Source: Octopus sinensis (taxonomy: Eukaryota). From it: a stretch of DNA of 64,000 nt. Positions 13,593 through 26,985 of this stretch are shown here, piece after piece. The notes beneath the pieces are model-generated. The model ran no database searches. It was given only the letters and a program-made list of their open reading frames with translations, and was not told the origin of the DNA. The stretch spans positions 91,450,001 through 91,514,000 of the forward strand of contig NC_042999.1 of NCBI RefSeq assembly GCF_006345805.1, given 5' to 3'. The position numbers were made by a program, and so were the translations under genes. Every line of letters begins with the position of its first letter. Position 1 is the first letter of the stretch.

Positions 13593-13594
<2 letters not shown>
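11670..13594 (-). mobile_element. 5'-truncated CR1-clade LINE with frameshifted RT, 3' stem-loop and (ATCAAAGT)n tail
   Basis: ORF 12524-13594 has YLDFSKAFDRVDH, SGVPQGTVLGPLLF and IFADDSKL; ORF 12211-12543 has RDLGVIVD and RPHLEYC; 8-bp tail repeats at 11670-11694; (TA)n on both sides. Confidence 0.92.
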
Positions 13595-14509
<915 letters not shown>

Positions 14510-14732
14510 CAGTTGCTGCATTGTTCAGAACGGCATTGTTTTCGTCAGAAAAGTAGATATATTTTTTATCAAAGTTGTTTTATATTCTATAATTTTCACA
14601 GACAATAAATACGATATTATTTATTATTGTCTGAGATTTTGGTGTAATTTGAGAGGGTAATACAAAAGTTATAGATGATTTAGTGATTTACTGACGAAAA
14701 CAATGCCGTTCTGAACATTTTGGCCGCAACTG
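14510..14732. mobile_element. Tc1/mariner-type MITE with TA flanks
   Basis: TA|CAGTTGC...GCAACTG|TA; 27-nt perfect inverted repeat TGTTCAGAACGGCATTGTTTTCGTCAG / CTGACGAAAACAATGCCGTTCTGAACA. Confidence 0.8.
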
Positions 14733-15029
14733 TATATAAACATGCATTCACAGATATGCATGTGTGTCTACATAGATACATATATATATATGCAGACTCA
14801 CATACGTAAATGCATAATATTTGATATATGCCATTAAGAATCATGCATTGTTTCAATTTTTATGCCTAGTTATAAAACAATGATCTCCACCAACACGAAT
14901 AGAAAACTACTTTCTTTAAAAAAAATCAATACAAAGACACAGGTTGTAGTATTCAAATAAAGTATAAAAGTGTTATTGTCTGCAAAAAAGCTTGAAATGG
15001 AACCCCCCCCCCCCCCCACAAACAAATAA

Positions 15030-15286
15030 CCTTGCACTCCGTCTGTTACGACAGCCTGCTCCTGTAATTAACGTGCAAGTAGCCGAGCACTCCATAGGCT
15101 CTCAACAGCATTCTCCAAGAGATTAAGCGTGACACAGAATGTGACAAGACTGGCTCTTTGAAATACAAGTACAACTAATTTTTGTCATTTGAGTGCTTTA
15201 TTCATGGGCGCAACTTGTCGCCGGGAATCGAGCTAACGACCTTACGATCGTGAGTCGAATATCCTAACCGCTAAGTTGTGCGCCTT
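15030..15286 (-). mobile_element. tRNA-derived SINE (degenerate)
   Basis: Minus-strand head GGCGCACAACTTAGCGGTTAGGATATTCGACTCACGATCGTAAGG...TCGATTCCC resembles the head at 56335. Confidence 0.65.
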
Positions 15287-15942
15287 CCTTAATGATAATA
15301 AGGTATTACATAAAGTTAGCTATATGATGATTTATTTGCTGTGCGCACACGTGTGGCTGGTGACAGAAGGCGTACAATTAAAAGGATTAATAAAAAAGTG
15401 TTTACAAAATTTTTGAAAACATATGAAAATAAAACAACAAAATCAATACAAATATAAACAATATGAATATTTCAAGTATATGGAGTAGGAAAAGAAAGGA
15501 ATATCATTGAAACAGTGAAAAAAATTATATGACGATATATAAAGTAGCAAATGAGATAGTATTCTGAGAAATATCCATTGTAAGATTAAAAGACAAGGAG
15601 AAACTAGAGAATGGGTTCGATGAGTACTGTAATGAAGAACAATAACGCTTTGAAGCTATCAGAAAGTGTTAAGTAAAAATATCACGAGTTAGGTATAATC
15701 CAGTTAATTAGGTAATAGCATCTTCCAACTTTTTAGAAGGTACTTATGAAAGCGACGGTAGTTCGTAAAGGTCTCTGATTTCGTATTTTGATAATATTCA
15801 AATTCATTATGCTTTTTGAGTCAGAAACTCTTCTGAGACATACATAAGCCACTTCATTTGGTCCAATTTCTAAATGCTTTGCATTAAGCGACATTACATC
15901 GCTTGAAATTGAAATCGGTTGCAAGTTCATTCAGATTCCATA

Positions 15943-16340
15943 GGCGCAGGAGTGGCTGTGTGGTAAGTAGCTTGCTAACCAACCACATGGTTCCGGGTTC
16001 AGTCCCACTGCGTGGCATCTTGGGCAAGTGTCTTCTGCTATAGCCCCGGGCCGACCAATGCCTTGTGAGTGGATTTGGTAGACGGAAACTGAAAGAAGCC
16101 TGTCGTATATATGTATATATATATAAGTGTGTGTGTATATGTTTGTGTGTGTGTGTTTGTCCCCCTAGCATTGCTTGACAACCGATGCTGGTGTGTTTAC
16201 GTCCCCGTCACTTGGCGGTTCGATAGAATAAGTACTGGGCTTACAAAGAATAAATCCCGGGGTCGATTTGCTCGACTAAAGGTGGTGCTCCAGCATGGCC
16301 GCTGTCAAGTGACTGAAACAAGTAAAAGAGTAAAAGAGTA
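15943..16340 (+). mobile_element. tRNA-derived SINE, same family as 8415-8841
   Basis: GGCGCAGGAGTGGCTGTGTGGTAAG head, GGTTCAGTCCC B-box-like motif, shared tail ending (GTAAAAGA)n. Confidence 0.88.
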
Positions 16341-16801
16341 TATACACTTTGCATCTTCCTTTCTGTTTATGCGAATGAAGAAATATTACTGAAGTAACGA
16401 TTTTTAAAATTTTCGTTAATAAGCTTCATATATACATAAATACACATATGGTATATGAAAATAATTTAATATATATATATTTGTGTTTTTAATATATTTA
16501 TGGTTTTTAATATATATTTATGTTCGATATATGATAATATGGGAATGTTAAAGTTGTTTTGACCAATTAGAGCATTTATTCATTATACCTTTCAATTTAT
16601 TTTTACATACCTACCTACCTAACTAACCTACCTGCATACATACATACATCCATCATACATACATACATGCATACACACATGCCACCCAAATTACTTACTC
16701 TTGTAATGTAACAAGCAGAACCATTACATAGTGCATAAATATATATGTACAGAGGAAAGTAACTTAAGCAACGTCATTTTAATTAGACCACTGCTTCCAA
16801 T

Positions 16802-16870
<69 letters not shown>

Positions 16871-17699
16871 ATCAGTTAGTCTGTCTGTCTCCATGTCTAT
16901 CCGTCTGTCTGTCGTCTGTCCATGTATTATATTCTATCTGTCTGTCTTCTATCATTAGTCTCTCTTTCCCTGTTCGTTTCCTACCATTATATATACATAT
17001 ATATAGACACACACACGCACACACACACACGCGCACACACACATGCGTACATGAATACATACTTGCACTCTTACACATATGTGAACAGAATGCGAATAAA
17101 AGCATCCATTTAGAGAGAAATTGTAAGAATACTGATTTCAATAGGAAGCGGATGATCAGTGAGTGATGTAAACTTCATAGAAATAAAAATATAACATTAT
17201 GAAATAGGTTTAGCTGAGAACAGTGTCAGAAAAATAAAACTTCAAGATGTCTACAACAAGCTGATCTTTACAAACTGACGCCACTAGGATATGTACTCCA
17301 AACAAACTTGAATATCATATACCCATCTAATTAATACCTTATTCTCTTTAACTCTGTCAGAGGTATTGGCTTCTCTCTAATGTATTCAGTATCATTCCAT
17401 TCTCCAACACTGCACAACGAGAAGTCTTCGACTTTATTCATCCAAGGGATTTTTAAGCTAATATTCTACATACTGTGATTTATAGTTTCATCTACTATAA
17501 GTTCCGGAGTTGAAGACGAGTGACTTCAGATAGATCAAGTCTCTAAATTCTAATGGTGTAAACAATACATACATACATTCAAACACACACAGATACCCCC
17601 CACACACACACACAAACACATACCCACACATTGTAAATGAATCTTCATCTATTTCGACAGTTGGAGATCCAGTTGTTCAATCAGTAAAATTATCTGCTC

Positions 17700-17960
17700 A
17701 TTGCACTCACAATCTTGAGATCGTGATTTCGATTCTCAGATCGGCTGCGTGTTGTGTTCTTGAGCGAAACACTTCATTACAGGTTACTCTACTCCGCTGT
17801 AAATGGGTAACCCTGCGACAGGCTATCCCTTCGATCAGTGGAATATTGGCCGGCTCGTCTAGCCAGCGGAGTGGCATCATCCAGAAGCTAAAACGATACA
17901 AAAGTGCATTGTGACCAGTGATGTAAAACAACATCCAATAATCTAGTCCATCCACACGAT
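17700..17960 (+). mobile_element. tRNA-derived SINE (degenerate)
   Basis: GCTGCGTGTTGTGTTCTTGAGC segment shared with the 55992-56335 SINE; tail GCATTGTGACCAG also occurs inverted near 33055-33075. Confidence 0.6.
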
Positions 17961-17991
<31 letters not shown>

Positions 17992-18725
17992 CATTTACAT
18001 ATACACACGCACGCACACACATGTATATATATACTAGACTACTCTTGACCCGTTGGGTCACCGGTGAAGTCCAAGTTTACCAACAACGGAGTTTTGTTTC
18101 GTGGAATTTTTTTCTTTTCCATGTTATTTCGCATGCTTTCAACGAATGTGACATCAAAATCACACGTAAACGGCTCCTTTCACCAGAAAAGTAAAGGTTT
18201 GGCTGCTATTTCTTGCACGTCCTGTTACCACGTAACAAGTATTTCGGGTCCTTTATCGCAAATAAATGTTACATGGAGGTAGGGTGTACTAGAAATAGCA
18301 GCCAAATCTTTGGAAGTGAGATACGTTGAATGGACTCGAAAGAAACCTAAGGAAAAAAAACAACTATTTCACACTGACGTTACGAATATTTACCGTATTT
18401 TTAAAGTAATTTTCCCTTAAAAATATTTTGCCCATCATAATGCGTCCAATGGAAAAGTTAGAGTTTCTTCCCTTTCAGGGTTAAGTTATTTTCTGAGTAT
18501 TTTCCCATTATGCACTGTTTTGGGAATTTATACCTCCAAACTCCGAATATCTCAATAACAACTGGTCCGAATTACACGAAGCTTGTTTTATTCCGTTCGT
18601 ATTCACATTTCAGGGGACTTTACTGTCAAAGTATTTTTTCATTATGCATCCTTTTGGCTGTCTAGCATTGCAAGCAAGCAAGCAGCATTGAACTTTGCTT
18701 TTTATGTATATATATATATATATAT

Positions 18726-18790
18726 GGTGCTATTAAGTTAGACATGGCCTGGGCCAATACTGGCCAAAACCTTTCTAAGTTATTCTAAGT
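18726..18790 (+). mobile_element. 3'-terminal stub of the CR1-clade LINE family
   Basis: GGTGCTATTAAGTTAGACATGGCCTGGGCCAATA matches the reverse complement of 11705-11740; short tandem tail; lies within (TA)n. Confidence 0.8.
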
Positions 18791-18909
18791 TATATATATA
18801 TATATATGTTTATATAATTTTAATCCAAACGGGAAAACAAAAAAACAACAACAATGGAACAATTACAGTATTATTATTAATAGGCGCTCAGGAAATGGAA
18901 GCAGGGGAG

Positions 18910-18944
18910 GTATGACGTTTCGAGCGGAGCTCTCCGTCGGAAAC
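18910..18944 (-). ncRNA. Degenerate minimal hammerhead in the pLTR
   Basis: Minus strand GUUU-CCGACGG-A-GAGC-UCC-GCUC-GAAACGUC/AUAC; core has U4C and A9G changes. Confidence 0.6.
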
Positions 18945-19109
18945 ATAAAGAAGGAAGAGAGAGGAAAGAAAGATCCCAAAGCGGGCAACAGGGATAGAGA
19001 GAAAAAAAACGACTGTGTGTTTACGAGTTACACATGGTGAAAGGCGGAAGTTTACGATAACAAGAGCAAAGTAGGTTTTTAAAGGCAAGAGTGGAGACAA
19101 GGTTGGTAA

Positions 19110-21790
19110 CGCAACAGATGTGTGTGTATGTGTGTGAGTGTGTGCGTGTGCGTGTGTGTATGTGTGTGTGTGAGGCGAGATAAAAAAAACAAAAGATATA
19201 TGTATGGTTAGTGTGTGCGTCTGTGTGTAGGCGTGTGTGAGGTAGGCGAGACAGTGGTCAGCATAGCAGACAAAGGTCAGTAGTAAGAAAAGAAAGGAAG
19301 GAGGAAGGGAGGGAGGGGAAGGGTGGGGGAGTATGTAGCGTGCCAGCGTGTGTTGAGTAGTAGTGTGTGTGTGTGTCCAGTGTCGTGGTAGTATTAATGG
19401 CGAGTAGATTGAATGTGTGTAAGAGTAATGTATATATTTAAGCAATGTGTTTATATGTGTGCGCGTGTGGTAACGAAAAAGGGGGGGTTAAGGAAAAAGG
19501 ACTCCAGCTGAGGAAGATGGAAGAGTGGTCCCGCGGAGACGGGCGTGGGAAAACCCAACGACAAGCGACGGTCCCAGGAAGGGCGGGAGGTCTCGTCGGG
19601 TCCAAGAGCGAGGTGCATGCGGCGCGTATGCGTGCGCGAACCGGCGCAAGCGCGTGTGTGCGCGCGCCTGCGAGTATGCGCGTAAGTATGTATGTGTGTG
19701 GATGTGTGAGTGTGTCTGTGTGTATGTCTGGGTCAGTGTGTGTCCGATGAATGTATGTGAGCATGTGTGTATATATGTGTGTGCATAGATGTATGTCCGT
19801 GTGTGTGTGTGTGTGTGTATGGTATGAGTGTGATGTATGTACGTGTGGGTGTGGGGAAGTGTGTGTATGTGCATGTGTGTGCGCGTACATACAGGTGTGT
19901 GAGTGAGTGTGTGTGTGTATGTATGTTGTGAGTGTGTTATGTATGTGTGTGTAGGATGCATGTATGTGTATGGGTGTATGTATGCGTGTGTGTATGTATG
20001 TATGTGTACGTGCGTGTGTGTGTGTGTATGCGTGTAGGTGTGCGCGTGTGCATGCATGCATGCATGTGCGTATGTGTGTGTGTGTGCATGTGTGTGGGTA
20101 TATATGTATGTGCGTATATGTGTGTGTATGTGCGTACATGTGTGTGTGTGTATGCATGTGTGTGTATGTAGGTGTGTAGGCGTGTGTGTATGTAGGTGTG
20201 TAGGCGTGTGTGTATAGGTGTATGTATGTAAGTATGTATGGGTGTGTCCGTGTATGTGTGTGTATGTATGTGTGTGTATGTAGGTGTGTGGGCGTGGTTG
20301 TATATGTGTGTATGTAGGTGTGTGGGCGTGTGTATATAGGTGTATGTATGTATGTCTGGGTGTGTCCGTGCATGGTGTGTGTGTGTGTGTATGCATGTGT
20401 ATGTAGGTGTGTGTGTACGTGTGTAATGTATGTGTGTATGCGTGTGCATGCGTGCGTGTGTGTATGTAGGTGCGTGTGTATGTGTGTGGGAGTGTAGGTG
20501 TGTGTGCGTGTGCGGTTTATGTTGGTTGTGTGCGTATGTGAGTGTGAGTGTATGGGTGTTTGTCATGCATGTGTGTGCGCGTGCAGGTGAGGTGGTGTAA
20601 GTATGTGTGTGTGTATGTTTGTGTGAGTGTGTATGTGTGTATGTCTGTGTGTATGTATGTGCGTATAGGAGTATGTAGGTATATGTGTGTGTACGTGTAT
20701 GGGTGTATGTATCGTATGTGTGTGTGTGTGCATGTGTATAAGTATATGTGTGTGTGCGTATGTGTGTGTATGTGTATGGTGTGTGTTTATGTATGTGTGT
20801 ATGTATGTGTGTAGGCGTGTGTGTGTAGATGTATGTATGTAGGGTGGTGTCTGTGTGTGTTGGTGTGTGTGTGTAGGTAGATGTGTGTGTCTGAGTGAGG
20901 GTATGGCTGTGTAGTGTGTGTGTATGAATGTAAGTGTGTGTGTATACAAGTGTAATGTATGTATGTAGGTGTGTGTGTGTGTATGTGTACGTGTGCGTGT
21001 GTATGTGTGTGTGTGTATGCGTGTGAGTGTGAGTGTATGGGTGTATGTCTGTGTGTGTGTATGTCTGAAGTAGGTATGTGTGTGTATGTATGTATGTGCG
21101 TGTGTGGCGGGTATGTGTGTGTGTGTGTATGTGTGGTGTGAGTAGGTGTGCCTGTATGTATGTGGGTGGATGCATGCGAGGTGCGGGTATGTATGCATAC
21201 ATACGCACGCGCACATCCGAGCAAGCCCACACACACGAAGCGCGCTCACGCACACAACGCACAAGCAGTACAACGCAAGCCCAAGGGCGACCAAGCCCCC
21301 AGCGCGCGCCAAGGCGCGCGAGCGCAAAGGCCCTCGAACGCCCCGCTACGCGGGAACCGAGGATCCATCAGCAAAAACCGGAAAGCAGAAAAGAGGGGGG
21401 CTGCCTGGATGCAAAAAGGTGTATGTGTGTGCATTCAGTGTAAGGGTGTGCATGTGTGGGTATGTATGTATGTATGTGCCTACATGTATGTGTGCATGTG
21501 TGTGTGTGTGAAGTATGTACGTGCGGTGTGTGTGTGTGAGTGTGTGTGTATGTATGTGCGTATGTATGTGTGTGTGTATGTGTGTATATATGTCTGTGTG
21601 TGTGTGTGTAAGTAATGTATGTGTGTGTGTATGTATGTATGTGTGTGTGTATGTGCATTTGGTTTGTATGTTAGTGTGTGCATGTATTGTCTGTAAGTGT
21701 GTGTGATTAAATGTGTGATGTATGTACGTAGATGGGTCTACGTATGTGTGTGTTTGAACAGGCTGTGGGGAGGTAGGTGGGTGGGTGTGT
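19110..21790. repeat. About 2.7-kb degenerate (TG)/(TGTA) low-complexity tract with two GC-rich islands
   Basis: Direct inspection; islands at about 19470-19690 and 21170-21420. Confidence 0.9.
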
Positions 21791-21824
21791 GTGGGTGGTG
21801 TATCCGGGGAAAAAAAAACGGATC

Positions 21825-23591
21825 TCAAGAGGAGGGGGCTGTGTTAAGTCCGTGTGGGGTGGTAGTTTGTAGGGTGAAGATGTAGCGTTGCTCCAAGTGG
21901 AGCCTGGAAAGTGGGCGACCATTGTGGGGGGCGAGACCAAACACTGAGATGTCATCTAGGGAATGGCCGGCCGAGCGGAGGAAGTGGCGTGCGACGGGAG
22001 AAAAAGAGTGTAGGCGAACGTCCCTCAAGTGTTCAGTGAAACGGTCGGACAACCGGCGTCCCGTCTGTCCTACATACAGCATCCCGCATAGGTTGCATTA
22101 ATGCAGTAAATAAGGCTAGAGGAGGTGCACGTAAAAGAGTGCCTAATGCGTACAGTATGCAGGTTGGAGCCGGTGACAGCGGTGGTGTTGGTGATGAAGG
22201 GGCAAGTGTTGCAGCGGGATCTAGAGCAAGGGAATGATCCGTGTGGGGCTGAGGGGGAAGGAGAGAGGGTGCTGGACCAGGAGGTCACGCAGATTGCGGG
22301 CTCGTTTGAAAGAGGACAGGGGGGTTAGGGAAAATGGGGCGGGTGGTGGGATCAAGCTGGAGTCGACGGAAGGCACGTAGTATCTTGCGACGAAGGGGTA
22401 GGGTAGAGGGGTGGAAAAGGAGGGGAAGGGGGTGCGGTTGGGGGGTGGGCGGGGGGAAGGAGACAGGGCGGTAGTGCGGTCGATGCGACGGGCGCGGGTG
22501 AGGGCATCAGAGAGGAGTATGGGTGGGTAACCTCGGAGTCTGAACATGCGGGCAGGTATTGAGATTGGGTCTCGAAATCCTGGTCGCGGCTGCACACAAC
22601 GTCGGAGGCGGAGGAACTGGGAGTAGGGGATGGCTCGTTTGGTGTAGAAGGGGGGTGGGAGGAAGAGAAGTTGAGATAGAGGTGGGAATCCGTAGGTTTA
22701 AAGAAGGCGGTGGTGGTGAGAGAGTTGGAGGGGTGATCGATGCGGAGAGAGATGTCAAGGAAGTTGACAGAGGTGTTGGAGATGGTGGAGGTGAATTGAA
22801 GAGAGGGGTGAAAGTTGGAAAGGAAAGGAAATGAATTGGCAGAGAAGTTCACGGGAAAGGGAGGTGGCACCTACGCAGTCGTCGATATAGCGACCGTATA
22901 GTTCGGGGGTCGGCCCAGAGAACTGGGAGAACACTTGGGCCTCAATGTAGCCAAGAAAGAGATTGGCGAAATTGGGGCCCATCCTAGTTCCCATCGCGAC
23001 CCCGGACACCTGTTGGTACGTTTCCCCGGCGAACGTGAAGCAATTGAGGGTGAGGACGAGCTCAGCCAAACGGAGAAGGGTGGGGGTGCCGGGGGTGGGG
23101 TCGGGACGACGGTCGAGGAAGTGTTGGAGGGCTAGGAGACCGTCATTGTGGGGAATCACTGTGTACAGGGATTTTACATCTAAAGTGAAGAGGAGGTGTG
23201 AGGGGCTGGAAGGAAGGAAAAGGAATTGAAGAGACGGAGGGCGTGGTTGGTGTCGTGTATGTGGGATGGGAGGGCTGCGACTAAGGGGGACAGGATGCGG
23301 TCGAGGTATAGGGAGATGAGTTCAGTGGGGCAATTACAGGCAGAGACTATGGGACGGCCAGGATTAGAGGGTTTATGGATCTTGGGAAGGAAGTAGATGG
23401 TGGAGGTGCGGGGTGTGTGCGACGATGGTTGGTGGCGGTGAGGGGGAGAGCGGAGGAGGAGATGAGGTCGTGGATGGTGGAGGACACTTGCTGTTGGTAG
23501 GAGGAGGTGGGATCGGAGGGAGGAGGCGATAGAAGAGGGGATTTTGAAGCTGGTTGAGCGCTTCCTCCCTGTATAGGTCCGCGCGCCACAC
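21825..23591 (-). pseudogene. Frameshifted Penelope-like RT/GIY-YIG polyprotein
   Basis: WRADLYREEALNQL; IPHNDGLLAL...GVAMGTRMGPNFANLF...RYIDD; FFKPTDSH; Cys-rich linker PCSRSRCNTCPFI; FTCTSSSLIYCI...LYVGQTGRRLSDRFTEH...HGLN. Confidence 0.93.
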
Positions 23592-23814
23592 TCCTATATA
23601 TATATATATATATATATAATTGGTTTAGGTACCAAAAGGAAAACTTTATATGTATGTATACAATTGTGTGCTTTGACGGCAGTATTAGAGCGTTTAGCAC
23701 TTATTTCTAGCAATGTACGTGTTTCTAACACAGTCATAATAATACGGGTATATATATTATATATATATATATATATATAATATATATATAATATATATAT
23801 ACATACATGCATGC

Positions 23815-23845
<31 letters not shown>

Positions 23846-23851
23846 CATACA

Positions 23852-23880
<29 letters not shown>

Positions 23881-23883
<3 letters not shown>

Positions 23884-24384
23884 ATTGAAAAGATTGGGGT
23901 CAACAAGAAGGCGTACGGTTGGACATTTATTTTCAATCACTACAACTGTTTCTACGAAACGCAGTTCTCCAGCTGTGCAGGTACTTGATTATGCAACTGT
24001 TTCCCTGCATTATGAGATCTAGTTATGTTTCCTCTCTGTCCGTCGTGGCCTGAAGTTAGTAGAAGCCACTGAGTTTATCAAGGAGTATTGTTGCTGAAGA
24101 ATTGTTGGCACTCCTTGATAAACTCAGTGGCTACTACTAACTTCAGGCCACGACAAAGAGAGAGAGGGAGGAGCGAGAGAGAGCGAGAGAGAATGCTCTT
24201 AGAATCGCGAATTTGAACTTACGGTGACTATATTTACTTATAAAAGCTAGATCTCATAATGCAGGGAAACGGTTGCATAATCAAGTACTTGCATGCCTGG
24301 AGAACTACGTTGATTAGAAATAATTGTAGTTATTAAAAATAAATATCCAACGTACATCTGGTTGACTCCAATTTTTTCAGTTAT
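23881..24384. mobile_element. Palindromic foldback MITE (about 500 bp)
   Basis: 23881-24022 is the inverse of about 24248-24384; inner 45-bp arms at 24042-24086 and 24110-24154 pair with one mismatch. Confidence 0.85.
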
Positions 24385-24493
24385 CTATTCACATACGACA
24401 GAAGCCCAAACGCAAACCTGATAGCATAGGGGGAAATCCGAAGGTGGGCGAGCTTTATACTCTACTATACTGTGTTCTTAACAGAATGTACTA

Positions 24494-24596
<103 letters not shown>

Positions 24597-24677
24597 GTGT
24601 GTGAATGTGTGTATAGATAGAGATGCATGTGTGTTGTGTTTTTATGTGCATATATATATATATGTATATATATATAC

Positions 24678-24719
<42 letters not shown>

Positions 24720-25439
24720 ATATATATATATATATATATATATACGTATATATTATATATATACATGTATATCTTTGGCGCTTCTGATAAGATGTGTTTG
24801 TAAATAGCGTTTGGCATGAGGATCTAGTGTTGGGGTGAAAAATACCAGAATAGCCTTACGTTTTAGCTAAAACTATCCCCAAATCTGTTGCAACCCTGAA
24901 GAGTAGCAATTGCAAAGGTTACAGAGAAAACCGCCGTACTAAACCACTCTGAGCGAACGTGGTGTTCTGAATATTGTAGGACTTATCCTGTAACGTGCCA
25001 TTCTGATAAGCAAGTAATTTGCAAATGGATGTTAAACAAAGGTTTCTCGGCTTGTAGTTGAGTAAAAAAAAAAAACAACGTTTTGTATTGAGTTCAACTG
25101 GAAATTTCACATTAATTCTAGAATTCCAACTTTTAAGACGAGACACGTTGACAAAAATGTCAAACTAACAGAGTGCCAGATCTGAATGAGTGTAATGTGG
25201 ACAGAGTCACGTTCATGAAGATTCAATAGCCTATCAATATATATTTTTCCGTTTTGCTTTGTAACTTTCAGTTGTAGTATTATGTAGAGATGGAAAAGAA
25301 TAGACAGTAAATTATACAGCAACAATGGGCTATGATGGGTAAGAAAACGATTGGCGAACTTAGTGATGAAACTGCTTAGCCAAATCTGAATCTCCGAGAT
25401 GGATGTAAGGGAAACTGGAGTGCCATTAATGAATTAATA

Positions 25440-26110
25440 TACTTATAATAAATGCTAACCTGGGACACCATTGGACTTTTGGTTACTAAAAGAATAGTCG
25501 AAGTTATAACGAAAATGAGAGGGGGTATCTGTTTATATAATGTAGAGAAAATAGAAGAGAGCAAACAAGCTAAGGGAGTAAAAGTGTTAGCAAAAGAGTA
25601 AAAAAGAATATATTAAAATTCTGATTATATTCGGATAAAGTCATTTGACTGCATTTTATCTTTAGAAAGGAGAGGCTATGACAGTCATGCAAATGTAAGC
25701 AGAAAATGTAGATTATGGAAACGAAGATGTAGAAAAGATGTTCGAAGAAGTAATGAAAGTAATGGACGATAATGGATCGAAATATTTAGTAATGGTAGGA
25801 AATTTTAGTAGCAAATTGAGAAAATAAAATTTGGAAAAAAATAAAAAATAAAAACAAGACGTGTAAATTTGGCTATGGAGTGAAATTATAGAGAGCGATT
25901 GACAGTAGATATTGCTACTTAATAAACATTAGTTCTTGAAAATTCTGAGTTGAAGAAAGAGAAGAGTGATTACTTGATATGTCAGAGTTCAAGTAGCCAA
26001 ATAAGAAATCAGATATTATGTTAAGTATTTAAAGAGGCATAATTTAGGAATGTGAAGTTATCGGTGTAGACATGAGAAGTGCAAGAATCAAACAGAAAAT
26101 CTTTTGATTA
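25440..26110 (+). pseudogene. Ancient RTE-type AP-endonuclease remnant
   Basis: Fragmented WDTIGL, DYGNEDVEKMFEEVMKVMDDNGSKYLVMVGNFSSKL, KFGYG and a QIRNQ-like segment. Confidence 0.55.
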
Positions 26111-26489
26111 TAAAGAACAAAAAGATAAGAATAAACATACAAAAGCATCAAGAAGGTTAAGAAAATTTCCAGATAGACATATCCAATAAAAGTAGCTAAC
26201 TAAATTTATATATATGTACGTATATAGTGGCATCAACTGCATTATGGTATGCTGCATCGTGAAATTGTAACCACAAATCAAAGTTCCTTATGTGAAACTT
26301 ACTTTACCATTAATTTTAATTCATAAACTGAAGTGCATTACAACAGAATTTCCCCAATAATGCATTAATATAACAATACAGCTACTTTCATGCATGAAAA
26401 TGTAAAATTTTAAAGAAACCCTGCAGCTCGCATATATAAGAACACTTGAAGAGAAAAATATTAGGGAATAACTAAACATACAGTAATCT

Positions 26490-26622
26490 TTTCTGCTCTA
26501 GGCACAAAGCCCGAAATTTTGGGGGAAGTGGGGGGGGGGCTTTCAATTAGATCGACCCCAGTACGCAACTGGTACTTAATTTATCGACCCCGAAAGGATG
26601 AAAGGCAAAGTCGACCTCGGAC
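26490..26622 (-). mobile_element. SINE fragment with CORE-like central segment
   Basis: Minus strand GAGGTCGACTTTGCCTTTCATCCTTTCGGGGTCGATAAATTAAGTACCAG; a degenerate relative lies at 51660-51800. Confidence 0.55.
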
Positions 26623-26789
26623 TAAACATTCAATAATATCGCATTTCAGTACGTACACACCACAAATAAACTTGACTGTTTTGTTGTTCGGTGATATGTA
26701 GTGAAGTAACGGGAGTTGCTGCAAGGACAATCGCTATAATCTGTTATGGAGTTCGTCGTCATGAGTATCTAGTACAGAGGTGACGAACT

Positions 26790-26985
26790 GATCGAAAATA
26801 TTTTCACGTTTATGGCTCACCTTTTATTTTTACAATTAATCATTGTAAGAATTGAGCTCATTGTGAACTCTTCTTGCAAGGGTTCCACAACTATCGCGGT
26901 TAGAACCATTACTAGCAACAACCTGCAAACCTTCCTCTATAATTGTCATACCCTTAACTATATCATTTGCAACCACCTGAAGGAG
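26790..26985 (-). pseudogene. Tigger/pogo transposase C-terminal remnant
   Basis: IIEEGLQVVASNGSNRDSCGTLARRVHNELNSY resembles the Tigger IEEGL...DPN.ER...V...Y tail (recalled by eye). Confidence 0.45.

Larger units (their letters stand above)
18822..23593 (-). mobile_element. 5'-truncated Penelope-like element (Neptune-type): RT plus GIY-YIG, long CA-rich 3' region and terminal pLTR with HHR
   Basis: Coding remnants at 21825-23591; terminal segment homologous to 28295-28472, 33904-34112 and 57107-57236; (TA)n at both ends. Treating the 19-21.8 kb spacer as part of the element is inference. Confidence 0.7.

Noticed and set aside
19438-21830. Long His/Thr/Tyr- and Val/Cys-rich ORFs (up to 441 aa)
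   Set aside because: Translations of TG/CA microsatellite; open in several frames on both strands with no protein motifs
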